Positions 20,498 through 31,202 of a DNA stretch of 64,000 nucleotides are shown piece by piece. A program made the position numbers and the translations under genes. This DNA is from Bdellovibrionota bacterium (lineage in GTDB: Bacteria; Bdellovibrionota_C; UBA2361; JBGSMV01). Numbering within the stretch: position 1 is the first letter of the stretch; the number at the start of each line of letters is the position of its first letter. A model generated the notes under the pieces. It ran no database searches, had not been told where the DNA came from, and was given only the letters and a program-made list of their open reading frames with translations. The stretch spans positions 64,001-128,000 of the forward strand of contig JBGSMV010000031.1 of NCBI GenBank assembly GCA_041739995.1, in the 5' to 3' direction.

Positions 20498-21993
20498 AAT
20501 GGCCGTTTTCGCTGGGAGGAGGACTCAAGACCGAGGTTCTCGCGGTACTTGGCTACCGTACGTCTCGCAATGGTGATTTGCTCACTTCGTAGAATGTCCA
20601 CCAACTGTTGATCGCTCAGTGGACTGTCTATCGACTCCCCGGAGATAAGTTCCCGAATGCGCTCTTTGACGCTTGAGGAGGACACGTCGCCATCGGCGCC
20701 TTTAATCCCCGTAGTAAAGAAAAATTTGAGCTCGAAAACTCCTTGCGGAGTATGGATATACTTGTCGGTCGTCACACGACTCACTGTCGACTCGTGCATG
20801 CCAATATCGTCGGCAACATCCTTAAGCACGAGCGGCTTCAGCCGTGAGATACCAAACTCCAGAAACTCTTTCTGAAATTTCACGATGCTCTCGGCAACTC
20901 TATAAATTGTCTGCTGCCGCTGATGAATACTTCGAATGAGCCATGACGCCGCCTTCAATCTCTCATTTAAATAGGATTTGTTTGGAACATCCGCCGACTC
21001 TTCACTCTTGAGGAGCTTGAGATAATAGGGGCTGACCCGTAACTTTGGAAGTCCGTCATCATTGAGAGAAATTACGTATTCTCCACCAACTTTGTACACA
21101 TACACATCAGGTACGGCGTAGCGAGTAGAGTCATCTGCATAGGATCGACCAGGTCGAGGCTCAAGTGTGCGAATTACACTTACTGCTTGGGTTACCAGCT
21201 CCAAATCAACCGATTCAGCCTTCGCAATCAAGTCGTAGCGACGCTTCTCGAGCTTGTCGATGTGTACACCGATAATGCGTGCGGCAAGTCCGTCACCAAG
21301 TCCAATTTGCTCTAACTGAATATTTAGGCATTCTTTAAGGTCTCGAGCACCTACCCCTGGAGGATCGAGGGATTGTACAAACTCGAGAACCTCTTCGGCC
21401 TTAGCCATCGAGATCTCGCAAGTCTCGGCGATTCCTTCGAGCGGCTCCATTAAGTAACCACGCCGATCGAGGTTCCCTATGAGATGAAGCGCTATCTGCT
21501 CCTCTTCGGGGTTCAAGCCGGCCATTCGAAGTTGTCCTACCAGGTGCTCGGCGAGTGTTTCTGATTTGCTGACCGTAGCCTCAAGGCCAGGTCGCTCATC
21601 AAAATCGAATAGTCCCTTGGGCGTCGCCGCACCTCGGGAATCCGTAAATGAATCAAGGTAATTCTCCCAGTCTACTCCGGGTTCATCTCCTGTTACGACC
21701 GATGGCTCCCCACTGGGCCCTTCAGATACTTCCGCGCTTCCGTTGGCCGATGAATCTTGGGCGTGTGAGAATTCCTCTGAAGACGTGTGTTCTGCGCTCT
21801 CTCCGAGAGATCTCGCGGAAGCATCGCCCTCTTCTCGAACCTCCTCGAGCAATGGATTCTCGAGCAGCTCCTTCTCTATCGCCTCTAAATACTCCATGCG
21901 ACCAAGCTGCAAGAGCTTGATGGCCTGCTGCAACTGTGGAGTCATCAGCAGATTCTGACCGAGCTTTTGTAAGAGTTTCGCTTCGAGTGCCAT
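20494..21993 (-). CDS. rpoN: RNA polymerase sigma-54 factor
   Basis: MTPQLQQAIKLLQL, HESTVSR, RpoN box ARRTVAKYR. Confidence 0.98.
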   Translation of the reverse strand: MALEAKLLQKLGQNLLMTPQLQQAIKLLQLGRMEYLEAIEKELLENPLLEEVREEGDASARSLGESAEHTSSEEFSHAQDSSANGSAEVSEGPSGEPSVVTGDEPGVDWENYLDSFTDSRGAATPKGLFDFDERPGLEATVSKSETLAEHLVGQLRMAGLNPEEEQIALHLIGNLDRRGYLMEPLEGIAETCEISMAKAEEVLEFVQSLDPPGVGARDLKECLNIQLEQIGLGDGLAARIIGVHIDKLEKRRYDLIAKAESVDLELVTQAVSVIRTLEPRPGRSYADDSTRYAVPDVYVYKVGGEYVISLNDDGLPKLRVSPYYLKLLKSEESADVPNKSYLNERLKAASWLIRSIHQRQQTIYRVAESIVKFQKEFLEFGISRLKPLVLKDVADDIGMHESTVSRVTTDKYIHTPQGVFELKFFFTTGIKGADGDVSSSSVKERIRELISGESIDSPLSDQQLVDILRSEQITIARRTVAKYRENLGLESSSQRKRPF

Positions 21994-22351
21994 GTCCGCT
22001 GTTACCGCCTCTATGTTGCTTCGCAACCGTGTTTCGACTTCCGTGTTCGTTCCGTGCAATCCACTGCGCCCCATTTCCGTCGAGAACTCTCAAGCCTCTC
22101 ATCGGCAAGGTGTATGGATGCCCTAGAGGTTTGGACGTACTTTTAGGCCCTTCTGGTTGCAAAAATTGTGCGCAGCGCTGAACTACTAGTAATATCGGCT
22201 AGTTAGGCTCAAGGATGCCCACCTTGTTGCCCAACGGAGGAGGCCTCAAGGGTGACCTGCTGGGTAGGTCAGAGACGTAATGACGGGGGGAAGCTTTCCG
22301 CTGAAATCAGGCGAGGCTACTTGGCCAGCACCCCAAAGACGAGTGCTTCCA

Positions 22352-23077
22352 CTAAAGATTGAATGAATCACCGAGATAGTATCGGCGTGCCTTCTCGCTT
22401 GAAGCGATGACGTCAGGAGCTCCCTCCTCAAGTACTTTCCCATCGATCAGAATGTAGGCGCGGTCGCAGATCCCGAGAGTCTCTCGAACATTGTGATCGG
22501 TAATAAGCACACCAATACCTTTGTCCTTCAAACGCTCGATGATGTGTTGGATATCCTGGATCGCGAGGGGGTCAATCCCCGCGAAAGGCTCATCAAGCAG
22601 AATAAATTTCGGGGAACGAGCAAGTGCCCTGGTAATTTCAACACGTCGACGCTCACCGCCAGACAAGGCACTCGCCACGTTTTTACGCAAAGCTGAAAGG
22701 CCAAGCTCAGCGAGCAGACTCTCTAAACGCTCATTTCTAGTCTTCCGATCGAGTTCGGGAATAGTTTCTAAGATAGCCAACACGTTCTCTTCGACCGATA
22801 GCTTGCGAAAGACTGATGGCTCCTGCGGTAAGTACCCGATACCCATTCGAGCGCGCATGTACATTGGCTCTCGGGTGATCACCTGACCGTTTAACACCAC
22901 CGCACCAGTGTCAGCCCCGACCAACCCGACGCACATGTAGAATGTAGTGGTCTTCCCCGCACCATTCGGCCCAAGAAGACCGACCACTTCACCGGCATTC
23001 ACAGAAATAGACACATGGTCCACCACCAGCCTACCGCCGTAGGACTTCGTAACTTCTAACGTAGCAAGGGTATTCAT
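22352..23077 (-). CDS. lptB: LPS export ABC transporter ATP-binding protein
   Basis: [43 protein letters not shown]. Confidence 0.97.
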   Translation of the reverse strand: MNTLATLEVTKSYGGRLVVDHVSISVNAGEVVGLLGPNGAGKTTTFYMCVGLVGADTGAVVLNGQVITREPMYMRARMGIGYLPQEPSVFRKLSVEENVLAILETIPELDRKTRNERLESLLAELGLSALRKNVASALSGGERRRVEITRALARSPKFILLDEPFAGIDPLAIQDIQHIIERLKDKGIGVLITDHNVRETLGICDRAYILIDGKVLEEGAPDVIASSEKARRYYLGDSFNL

Positions 23078-23183
23078 ATCAGGTGCGAAGAAAAAATTTT
23101 CGCGACACATCGGAAAAGATATGCCGCTAGCCGCTTATAAATGTAGCCAAGCCCCCTCCTAATGGGGAGCCCTCCGGTGCAGC

Positions 23184-24056
23184 CTAAGTTGGCATGTTTT
23201 GCCCGTCCCAGCGAGCCCCTCGAAGGATTGCCTCGATTGCCACTGCTACGCCGTCTTCTTCAACCGACGCGCAGACATGCCGCACACGCGACTTCACTGC
23301 TGCTGCAGCATTGTCCGGGGCTACTCCCCAACCAGCTCTTTCAAGGAACGGCAGGTCTGCCTCAGAGTCTCCAAAGGCAATAACCTCTTCTGGGCTGACC
23401 TTATAAAGGTCAAGAAAGTATTCAAAGACGTCTTCTCGGCGCGCTTTCACGCTAGTGATATTGACGAAGCGAATGCCCGGATGAGCGGCACCAGCTCCTA
23501 CTCCAACGTTTACCTCAGGAATTTTCCCAAGAAATTGCCTTGCACTGGACTCTTGCTCTTCATCCCTACAGACAATGACCATCTTCACGATGTCTGGCAG
23601 ATTTGCATTGACCACAAAGGGATTACACTGAGGCAAAATGCCTAAATATTCACTATGTATGGTCGAAAGGTCATTAAGCACTTCGCTATAGTAGGCGCCA
23701 GAAGAATACCACTCAAAGTACAACTTCTCGCTACGGCAAAACTCTGTAACTTGCTGTCCTATTGTCGAACTTAGGGACGAAGCCCGCAACGTTGTCCCAG
23801 ATGCGGGATCAACAACAACAGCACCTGAGCAAAACATCGAAGGTCTTTTCACTTCCAGAGCCGCGATAATTTCGCGCGCCCCAAACCAAGGACGGCCAGT
23901 GGCCAGCGCTATCGCTACTCCCTGCACTTCAAGCGCTTTGATTGATTTCCGAACGAGAGGGGAAACTTTTCCGCTCCGTCCAACGATGGTGCCATCAATA
24001 TCAAAGAAGGCCACTTTAGGACGTCTCATCTGCTGTTCATTTCCTTGCACGCTCAC
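23184..24056 (-). CDS. Cof-type HAD-IIB hydrolase
   Basis: FFDIDGT, ATGR, AFGDSEAD, EEDGVA. Confidence 0.9.
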   Translation of the reverse strand: MSVQGNEQQMRRPKVAFFDIDGTIVGRSGKVSPLVRKSIKALEVQGVAIALATGRPWFGAREIIAALEVKRPSMFCSGAVVVDPASGTTLRASSLSSTIGQQVTEFCRSEKLYFEWYSSGAYYSEVLNDLSTIHSEYLGILPQCNPFVVNANLPDIVKMVIVCRDEEQESSARQFLGKIPEVNVGVGAGAAHPGIRFVNITSVKARREDVFEYFLDLYKVSPEEVIAFGDSEADLPFLERAGWGVAPDNAAAAVKSRVRHVCASVEEDGVAVAIEAILRGARWDGQNMPT

Positions 24057-24274
24057 TCCTCAAGCGTTGACACTCTGAGAAATTATCGAAGCATACTCGT
24101 ATGAATTGCACTGAATGAAAAGTTTATGGTCTCAAGCCCCGAATCAGTTTGTATACCACGGGGGCGATGAGGTAACGCGCGGGAGGACCGATGCCAGAGC
24201 GAATGGGGTAAATACGTGCCGGTGACAGGTTAATGACGCAGTTACTGGGATTTCGGGGAAGTCAGACGAGACGC

Positions 24275-24313
24275 CCCGCGCTGGGTCAGCGAAATGCGCG
24301 GACCCAGCGCGGG
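24275..24313. terminator. GC-rich hairpin downstream of 24327..25199 (possible terminator)
   Basis: Perfect 13-bp stem CCCGCGCTGGGTC/GACCCAGCGCGGG; no clear U-tract on the minus strand. Confidence 0.5.
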
Positions 24314-24326
24314 AACTTTCAGGTGC

Positions 24327-25199
24327 TTAAGATCCAGACACCAAACAGAAAAGCCCTGTGCGACGCGCGTCCTTAAACGATGCGAGAGCTGCTAGTGCAT
24401 GTTGCTGAGACTTATAGACATTCTCTCCATCAACCCGCGCCTCTAGAGTATTCAAAAATATCGGGTCAATGACGGTCCTCAAAAAATGTCGAGTTCGCCG
24501 CGATACACGAGGAACAAAAGATTCCCCCAGTATCTCAACCTCCTCCCTCGTATACTCGAGCTCGAACTGTCGCACTGTTCGCTGAGTGACACCATAAACC
24601 CCAAATGCAGAGTCTCTCGCAATGTCAGCCAAGGCTCGAATCTTAGCCACCGCGCGTAACATGTGCACCAAGACCGTGACCCTATCACGTCGGTCATATC
24701 CTCCTGCGCAGTCTCCGCCGTTTGGTTCGCCCACAATCTCCAGACGATCCCAAGATCCAGCCAAACACACAGAGAGTTGACTCAAGGCGATATTCACCGC
24801 ATCAAGCGCCTCTCTCGAGAGCCGCTGAGACTCTTCAATGGTGGAGCCAAGAATAGTAGCTGACGCTAGACCCAAAAAGTCGGCGTCGACCACGTCGTCG
24901 AGAAAATCCCGAGTGCGAGATGTCGCATGCAAACGCGGCTCGGCACCAAACCGGTCCATTTCGGACTTCCAAGCGTGGAACTCGTTATTCAAAGCCATCC
25001 GCTGGGTCTGGCTGTACACACCAGAAGCTGAAAGCGTAGCGAGCTCACTCATCCGTGTGAGAATTTGATTGGCATACGATTGCTGTTCGAGCACGAGCGG
25101 GCGCTGACTTCGAGTGTGCCCCACTGAGCACACTTGAGCGTTGCCGCTAGACACAAGGCCAAGAACCGCCATGATTCCAAGTACTATCCACGTCTTCAT
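24327..25199 (-). CDS. Secreted protein with two tandem flagellin D1-like repeats
   Basis: Sec signal MKTWIVLGIMAVLGLVSSGNA; ILTRMSELATLSASGVYSQTQRMALNNEF resembles the flagellin N-terminal D1 helix; internal duplication; GGAGAAGG RBS. Confidence 0.7.
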   Translation of the reverse strand: MKTWIVLGIMAVLGLVSSGNAQVCSVGHTRSQRPLVLEQQSYANQILTRMSELATLSASGVYSQTQRMALNNEFHAWKSEMDRFGAEPRLHATSRTRDFLDDVVDADFLGLASATILGSTIEESQRLSREALDAVNIALSQLSVCLAGSWDRLEIVGEPNGGDCAGGYDRRDRVTVLVHMLRAVAKIRALADIARDSAFGVYGVTQRTVRQFELEYTREEVEILGESFVPRVSRRTRHFLRTVIDPIFLNTLEARVDGENVYKSQQHALAALASFKDARRTGLFCLVSGS

Positions 25200-25627
25200 T
25201 GTTCCTTCTCCTAGTTTGCAGACACTTCCTTTCGCGCTTTGACATCCCTATGGACGAGCGAGAATGACCAAGCCAGAGGCATCCATGTGCCTTTAGCCCG
25301 CTATCTTCGCTCGCGAATTGTCGAGATGAGTACCTCGACCGATTTGGACCCATCGTTTTCGGAGGAAGAGTGAATTTCCAGAGAACTCGCAGAAACAACG
25401 TCTCGGGGTAAAGATGAAGCGAGCTTTAGCGCATAACCGTGGAGCCAAGAGCGATCTTGAGGGGCCGATTTCAAGAGCATGCACGGGATTCGAGGTTTGA
25501 AGACATCATTCCGAAGTGATAGAGGCCACAGAAGAATTGAATCGCTTCTCGAACACACGCCGAGACCGACCCGCAGGATCCACAATAATGGTTCCATCAA
25601 TGCAGACAGGTCAGCTGCAGCCTTCGA

Positions 25628-28411
25628 CTAATGCGCCTGCTTTTCACTCGCTGAGCTAAGACGAATGCGCGTAGGCGGCGTAGTCATCACTTCGCGAGGA
25701 GTTCCTGAAAGCGCCTCAGCGATCAGCGCAGAAAGGCGAGTTAACTGGAACGGTTTTGACACAAATCCTACTACGCCGTCTGTCTCAAGTAGCTGACTCA
25801 GCGTAGCACTAGAAACATATCCGGTAGATATAATTACGCGAACTGCGTTGTTCAATTTGCGCAGTTCTGCGAGACACTCTGAAGCCCCCATGCGAGGCAT
25901 AACCACATCAAGCAGTACCAGATCGATTTTCGAAACATGCTCAGTAAAAACTTCGATTGCTTCCACACCGTCTGAGGCGGTGAACACCACGTATCCCAAA
26001 GATTGCAGCATCTCTGAGGTGGCACTTCGTACCACATCGTGATCATCAACCACCAGAATAGTCCCTTTCCCCCGTGCGGGGAGCTGAATACTTGCCTCCA
26101 CCCTTTGCCCCAGCGACACCGTGGTGATCGGAAGTAGGATTACAAATGAGGCTCCCTGTCCTTCACTACTCTGGAGAAAAATTGAGCCACCATGGTTGCA
26201 CACAATTCCATACACCATCGCGAGGCCGAGACCAGAGCCTTGGCTCTCGTCCTTAGTACTAAAAAATGGTTCAAAAATTCGCTCTCGAATACTGTCGGGG
26301 ACCCCGCAACCAGTGTCAGTCACCTCAAGCTTAAAAAACATACGAGCGTCTCCATTAACCTCCGACGCCTCTATATTGCTCGTTCGAATGGATAGCTTTC
26401 CTCCCTCCGTTCCACCTGAAATAGGACTCATCGCATCTCGCGCATTTATCGCAAGATTAAGAATGATTTGCTGTAGCTGAACAGGATCGCCAAGCACATG
26501 GCACTCGGTTGCGCCGAAATCTGTTTCCAACGCAATGGAAGGCGCAATCGTTCGCCGGATAATTGAGAGTGTTTCGTCAATCGAATGGTGGATATTCACC
26601 GGCGCATTCTGGTGCTTTCCTTTCCGCGCAAAACCTAAGAGCTTCTGGGTGAGCTCCGCCGCGCGCGTTGCCGCCTGTTCGATCACTTCTGCGCTTCGAT
26701 AGACTTCGGGGCGGTCACTCGAATCAAGTTTTATCAAAGTCGTATAGCCCAGAACTCCCGTCATGAGGTTATTAAAATCGTGGGCGATGCCGCCCGCGAG
26801 TTGCCCCAAGGCCTCCATCTTCTGGGCCTGAACAAGCTGGTCATGCAGCATGCGCTGCTGCGTAATGTCGGTTGCCACTCCGAGAACGTGGACACCATTT
26901 TTCCCCGGAATCTCTAGCGGGAGTTTCACGGTGTGAAGAATCCGCTCTCGGCCTGATTTATCAGTAACTACCTCCTCTTGAATCGTGATTTTTCTTCCTG
27001 AGTCGATCACTGCCAGGTCATCCCGTCGGTACCCTTCGACCTGGGCAGGATCGGAATTAAAATCCGAGTCTTTCTTCCCAATTAGATCCTCTACAGTCGT
27101 GCCATATACGTCCGCCACTGCCTGGTTCACTAAAGCAAAATGGCCTTCCGAGTCTTTGACGAAAATAAGGTTTGGATCTGTGTCGATCACCTTGCGTAAA
27201 AACTTTCTGCTGCCCACCAGCTGTCGCTCGGCTTCCTTTCGCTGTGTGATGTCGCGCACAATACATACCAAACTGCCATCACCAAGTGCGGTAAGCGACA
27301 GCTCCTGAGAAAACATTGAGCGATCCTGTCTGAGCCCAAGCGCCTCACACTGCAGGTTTCCCTCTCGCAAAAAGCTTACTCGCACATGACGTTCGAGGTT
27401 TCGAAGCTCTTGGCTAGAATACAACACCCGCCAGTTCTGTCCGATTAATTCCTCGGGCCTTGCATAACCGAACAATCGAGCAAGCGCTGGATTTACAAAA
27501 CTAAAGGTCTCATCTCGCTCAATGATGGCAATTCCCTCAAGTGAAGCGTCGATAGCTTGGGATTTGCGGCGCAGCTCGTTCTCTATTTTTCTACGTTCAT
27601 TTACTTCGCAGGCCATGGCGACCATGTCGGCAACTGAACATGCAAAGTTCTGCTCATCGAGAGTCCAGCGACGCCGTGGGCCTACATGTTCGTGGCACAC
27701 GATTCCAAACAGTGCCCCATTCACGTAAATGGGTGCGTCCAGCATCGAGGTCACCCCGGCCTCTTGCAGATACTTAAAGTCACTGGTGTATGGGTTGCGT
27801 GACACATCATCGGCCACCAAAATTCGGCTATGCCTAATCGCCTCGAAGTAGGTGGGAAACTCTGCGCGCACAATCGTCTGCCCAGAGGAAAAGTGGCAGG
27901 TCGATTTTTCAAACTCACACTGACACTCGATTACAGAGCCGTCAGCATGCAGTTGCCACACGCTCACGCGCTCTACTCCGAGGGTCATTGCGGCGATTTC
28001 GGTGAGTTCTCGAAGCGCGCCCTGCAAATCCTTTCCGAACATGCTGCTGCTGTTCGCGATACGAAGAATTGCTGCACGCTGACGTTCGAGTCGATAATTA
28101 TCTGCTCGAATCCCGCGTGTACGATCATCGAGAAGTCGCCTCAGATGTGTTCGGATAAACAGTGGAATGAATGCGGCGAAGAGGACTGCGAGAACAAATG
28201 TTCCGATCATCCAGGGGTCGGAAAGGGATCCGAGATCGTTGGTCACCGCGGTGCAAAAGAGGCTTCCAAAAGCGAGAAGAGTAACCACTCCCACCAAAAT
28301 GGGGAGAAAGTCCTCTCGTCGCATTCGCAGAAACCGCATTCGCGTGCTCCTCGACTTCACGTTGATTGGCCCTGCACTCTCAGATGCCTCAAAAATTCTC
28401 GAAAGAACCAA
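25628..28411 (-). CDS. Hybrid sensor histidine kinase (TM-GAF-PAS-PAS-HisKA-HATPase-REC)
   Basis: GIAHDFNNL H-box, NLAINARDAM, GSGLGL, REC LLDVVMP; GAF VCHEHVGPRRRW. Confidence 0.92.
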   Translation of the reverse strand: MVLSRIFEASESAGPINVKSRSTRMRFLRMRREDFLPILVGVVTLLAFGSLFCTAVTNDLGSLSDPWMIGTFVLAVLFAAFIPLFIRTHLRRLLDDRTRGIRADNYRLERQRAAILRIANSSSMFGKDLQGALRELTEIAAMTLGVERVSVWQLHADGSVIECQCEFEKSTCHFSSGQTIVRAEFPTYFEAIRHSRILVADDVSRNPYTSDFKYLQEAGVTSMLDAPIYVNGALFGIVCHEHVGPRRRWTLDEQNFACSVADMVAMACEVNERRKIENELRRKSQAIDASLEGIAIIERDETFSFVNPALARLFGYARPEELIGQNWRVLYSSQELRNLERHVRVSFLREGNLQCEALGLRQDRSMFSQELSLTALGDGSLVCIVRDITQRKEAERQLVGSRKFLRKVIDTDPNLIFVKDSEGHFALVNQAVADVYGTTVEDLIGKKDSDFNSDPAQVEGYRRDDLAVIDSGRKITIQEEVVTDKSGRERILHTVKLPLEIPGKNGVHVLGVATDITQQRMLHDQLVQAQKMEALGQLAGGIAHDFNNLMTGVLGYTTLIKLDSSDRPEVYRSAEVIEQAATRAAELTQKLLGFARKGKHQNAPVNIHHSIDETLSIIRRTIAPSIALETDFGATECHVLGDPVQLQQIILNLAINARDAMSPISGGTEGGKLSIRTSNIEASEVNGDARMFFKLEVTDTGCGVPDSIRERIFEPFFSTKDESQGSGLGLAMVYGIVCNHGGSIFLQSSEGQGASFVILLPITTVSLGQRVEASIQLPARGKGTILVVDDHDVVRSATSEMLQSLGYVVFTASDGVEAIEVFTEHVSKIDLVLLDVVMPRMGASECLAELRKLNNAVRVIISTGYVSSATLSQLLETDGVVGFVSKPFQLTRLSALIAEALSGTPREVMTTPPTRIRLSSASEKQAH

Positions 28412-28709
28412 GGCAACCGATCGACATTTCTACTCTGATGCTGACCTATTCGAGTAAGCAAACAGAGCAAGTGCTCCGCTACTGTATCATCCATGCGGTT
28501 CTTAAGTGACGAATCTCTGGAAAATTGGCCTTTAGTGATGGGAAAAATCTGGATAAGATCAGATAGTTATCATGGGGCCTTATGACAGCCTTCGAATAGA
28601 GCGTACTCTGAATGATAAATTTGATTAGCTTTCCAACCTTCTTTATAAACGTGGACCGGTTTCTTGGTGCCGTTCCCCGTAATTCTATTGCCGGAAGTTC
28701 CCTATAATA

Positions 28710-28736
28710 ATATCGGTGGTTAGTTATTTGAGTTGA
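28710..28736 (-). promoter_or_regulatory. Sigma28 (FliA)-like promoter facing the 25628..28411 kinase
   Basis: Minus strand TCAA-N15-ACCGATAT. Confidence 0.45.
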
Positions 28737-28763
28737 GCGACTTTCGCCCAAGTACAGCTTTCT

Positions 28764-29156
28764 ATGAAAACTGCGATTCATTCTTCAACATCCGGCTCCA
28801 CTGAACTCTCTGCCACTCCCGAGATGCGACTCGCTGGGCTTGCGCGACTTCTTATGGAAGCGAAAGATCAGGCAGATGGTCGCGATGCTCTCCAGTTCAG
28901 CATTAGCGCAGACAAGCTTTGCGTTGTCTTGGATACCAGACCGCTTGATCATCCCCTCGCTATGCATGGCGTCACGCAGCTTAAGCAGGCTCTGGAAAGT
29001 CCTGCGATGGCGAGAATCGACTCAGATATTACGAAGACTCTAGGCGGTATCGTCGATGCTATTGGTGAAGCTCTTACGAAGTTCCCCGGTGCATCTCCTC
29101 AACCTGAACTGGCTGCACTACAATCTCCAGCGATCGAACGCCGCACGAGCATTTAG
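28764..29156 (+). CDS. Hypothetical protein
   Basis: 130-aa ORF with helical composition after an AT-rich intergenic region. Confidence 0.6.
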   Translation: MKTAIHSSTSGSTELSATPEMRLAGLARLLMEAKDQADGRDALQFSISADKLCVVLDTRPLDHPLAMHGVTQLKQALESPAMARIDSDITKTLGGIVDAIGEALTKFPGASPQPELAALQSPAIERRTSI

Positions 29157-29189
29157 TTTCGAACATTGTTGCGTATCTCTAGATTTCGG

Positions 29190-30638
29190 TTAATCCCGTC
29201 GCAGAAACTGATTCGTGTACTTGAAGATCGGTGAACTTGGCGTTTGCCCCGCCATAGAACTGTATCGTACCACCTGCGGACGAGTCAGCTTCTCCACTGC
29301 ATCAGCCACATACGCCGCCACCTCAGCGGGGCGTGTACTGTGGGTCCCTTCGCAAATCACCACCAAGAGCTCTCGTCCATGCGCCTGAGCAAGATACATT
29401 TGGTCAGAGAGTTGGGAGGCTTCGTGGGGTCCAGATTTACCCTTGAAAAACGCATCTTCCGAGTTCTTCACTTCGACGAAGAAACGCTTACCGCCCTTCG
29501 AAGCCACAATGTCGATCTCTGGCCTACTAATGGGGAAGTTAAGATCGCGAGTAACCTTTCCAGCGGGTTTAGCGGCCGCGGGATCACTCACGTGGGCAGA
29601 TAGTTCTTCAATGGTATAGCCGTCTTGTTGCAACGCCATTGCGGTGCTCACTTCTCTGAAGTGCCCCATCAAAGCTCCAGACTCTCGATGCTTACCGGAA
29701 CCAAGTGCTTCACGAGCCGTGCGAAGAGCAGCGCCGAACGTGGAAACACAGCCCTTGCATCCCGAGTGGTGTAAGGCATCAAGCCCGGCCAAATAGTTGA
29801 TGCTTCGGGTATCGCTTTTGAGAAATGTAATCAGGTCATTATTGGAGAATTTTGCGCGGAACGATGGATCACCAAGCAATGAAAGCAACGCCTTTACGCC
29901 TCGATTCCGCGTACTCGTCTCAGCGATTGAAGTGCTTTCATGTTCGGCCGCGGTTCTCACCGCATCGATGAGGTCTTGATCAAGGAGTCTTGTTTTTGGA
30001 GGAGTGTGAGGCGCATTCGTCGCGCTCCCCGCCATCCGCTTTTCTACCGGAACTTTGGCGCTGTTTATTCTATCAATACCATTCTTAAGGCCAAGACCAT
30101 CCTCAGAGAAGACTTCCCCGGCCTGCTCCCGCACCGCTATGGACCCAAGATTCATCAGTTCCGCGAGATTCTTTTGCGGCGCCTGCAGGCAATACTGCAT
30201 AGCCTTCTCTGGACTCAAACCACTGTCGCTAAGCGCCAGCAGGGTTACTATTAGCTCTCCGTGGTAGGTCTCATTCGTTAGTTTCTTAACGACGTTGGTT
30301 GCACCTGCATTCTCTAGTTGTCTGCTCAGATTGTCGATCAAAGTCCCCAGGCGCTGCAGAGACTGCTCAGCCTTTCGAATCCCATTTTCATCAACATCTG
30401 AGATAAATCCTGCTTCTCGCGCCTCAGTTATACTTGGATGACCGCAAAGGATGGCGTTCTGTAGTAGTGTTCGCTTGGAGGGGTCGATATTGAGAAGGTC
30501 CAGTATTCCGTCTTTACCTCCCGCAGCCCGAAGCACATCAAGGGAAACCCCTTCTGGCTGACGAACCGAAAGTTCAGCAGACGGAGGAACTCCAATATCC
30601 TTGGCCGACCGAAGATCGACTACAGCGGTATTCGCCAT
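29190..30638 (-). CDS. Protein with C-terminal PD-(D/E)XK nuclease-like domain
   Basis: GHFREVSTAMALQQDGY...EIDIVASKGGKRFFVEVK (E..D..ExK, YraN/Mrr-like); N-terminal about 320 aa unrecognised. Confidence 0.65.
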   Translation of the reverse strand: MANTAVVDLRSAKDIGVPPSAELSVRQPEGVSLDVLRAAGGKDGILDLLNIDPSKRTLLQNAILCGHPSITEAREAGFISDVDENGIRKAEQSLQRLGTLIDNLSRQLENAGATNVVKKLTNETYHGELIVTLLALSDSGLSPEKAMQYCLQAPQKNLAELMNLGSIAVREQAGEVFSEDGLGLKNGIDRINSAKVPVEKRMAGSATNAPHTPPKTRLLDQDLIDAVRTAAEHESTSIAETSTRNRGVKALLSLLGDPSFRAKFSNNDLITFLKSDTRSINYLAGLDALHHSGCKGCVSTFGAALRTAREALGSGKHRESGALMGHFREVSTAMALQQDGYTIEELSAHVSDPAAAKPAGKVTRDLNFPISRPEIDIVASKGGKRFFVEVKNSEDAFFKGKSGPHEASQLSDQMYLAQAHGRELLVVICEGTHSTRPAEVAAYVADAVEKLTRPQVVRYSSMAGQTPSSPIFKYTNQFLRRD

Positions 30639-31202
30639 ACAACCTACCCAGTTTGTCACCACCAACTGCGAGCACGCTTTCGACGCAACCACGTCTTTAC
30701 TGCGTTCTCACCACCGACAAGACGCTCGTTTTAAAGCGAAGCTCCGCGAATCGTCGAACTACTGACTAAAGTTATGGGTAAACGATTCGCGTGAGGGGCT
30801 CTACTCGGCTGAAGGGGAGGCGCCTCATCGACGCGCTGCTCTGGCGAGTGAGCGATGAAACGGTGCCGTCTCAATAGGTTATCTAGGAGAATTCACGGAT
30901 GGGGGGGGATGCGAACGTCCGAATGGGTCTTCGGAATTGGGCTGAGCGGTCCGACTTCAGTCCCCCATTACTCTTGGTTGAGCGGAAATCGATCGGGAAG
31001 GCAATCACACTGAAGCCACACACAGACTCACAAGATCGTGCAAGGACGGGCGGTGTCCTCCGGCTAAATTGTCAACGAGTATCCGTGATCCGGTGTAGGC
31101 GGTTGAATTTATGAATACCAGGGTCGCGCCCGCTCTTAGATACTCGGGCAAGAAGAATAGTAGCGGCGCTGAAGAGGCTGCTTTTTTTGAAAGGGAGGTC
31201 TC

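Noticed and set aside
25200..25620. c-di-GMP riboswitch upstream of the flagellin-derived gene
   Set aside because: The GGCAAAC..GAAA..GACGCAAA core was not found
27830..28438. Long antisense ORFs (e.g. 27830..28438, 35009..35617)
   Set aside because: Shadows of well-supported opposite-strand genes, with no motifs
28479..28781. 100-aa minus-strand ORF
   Set aside because: Lies in an AT-rich divergent promoter region and overlaps the start of 28764; likely spurious
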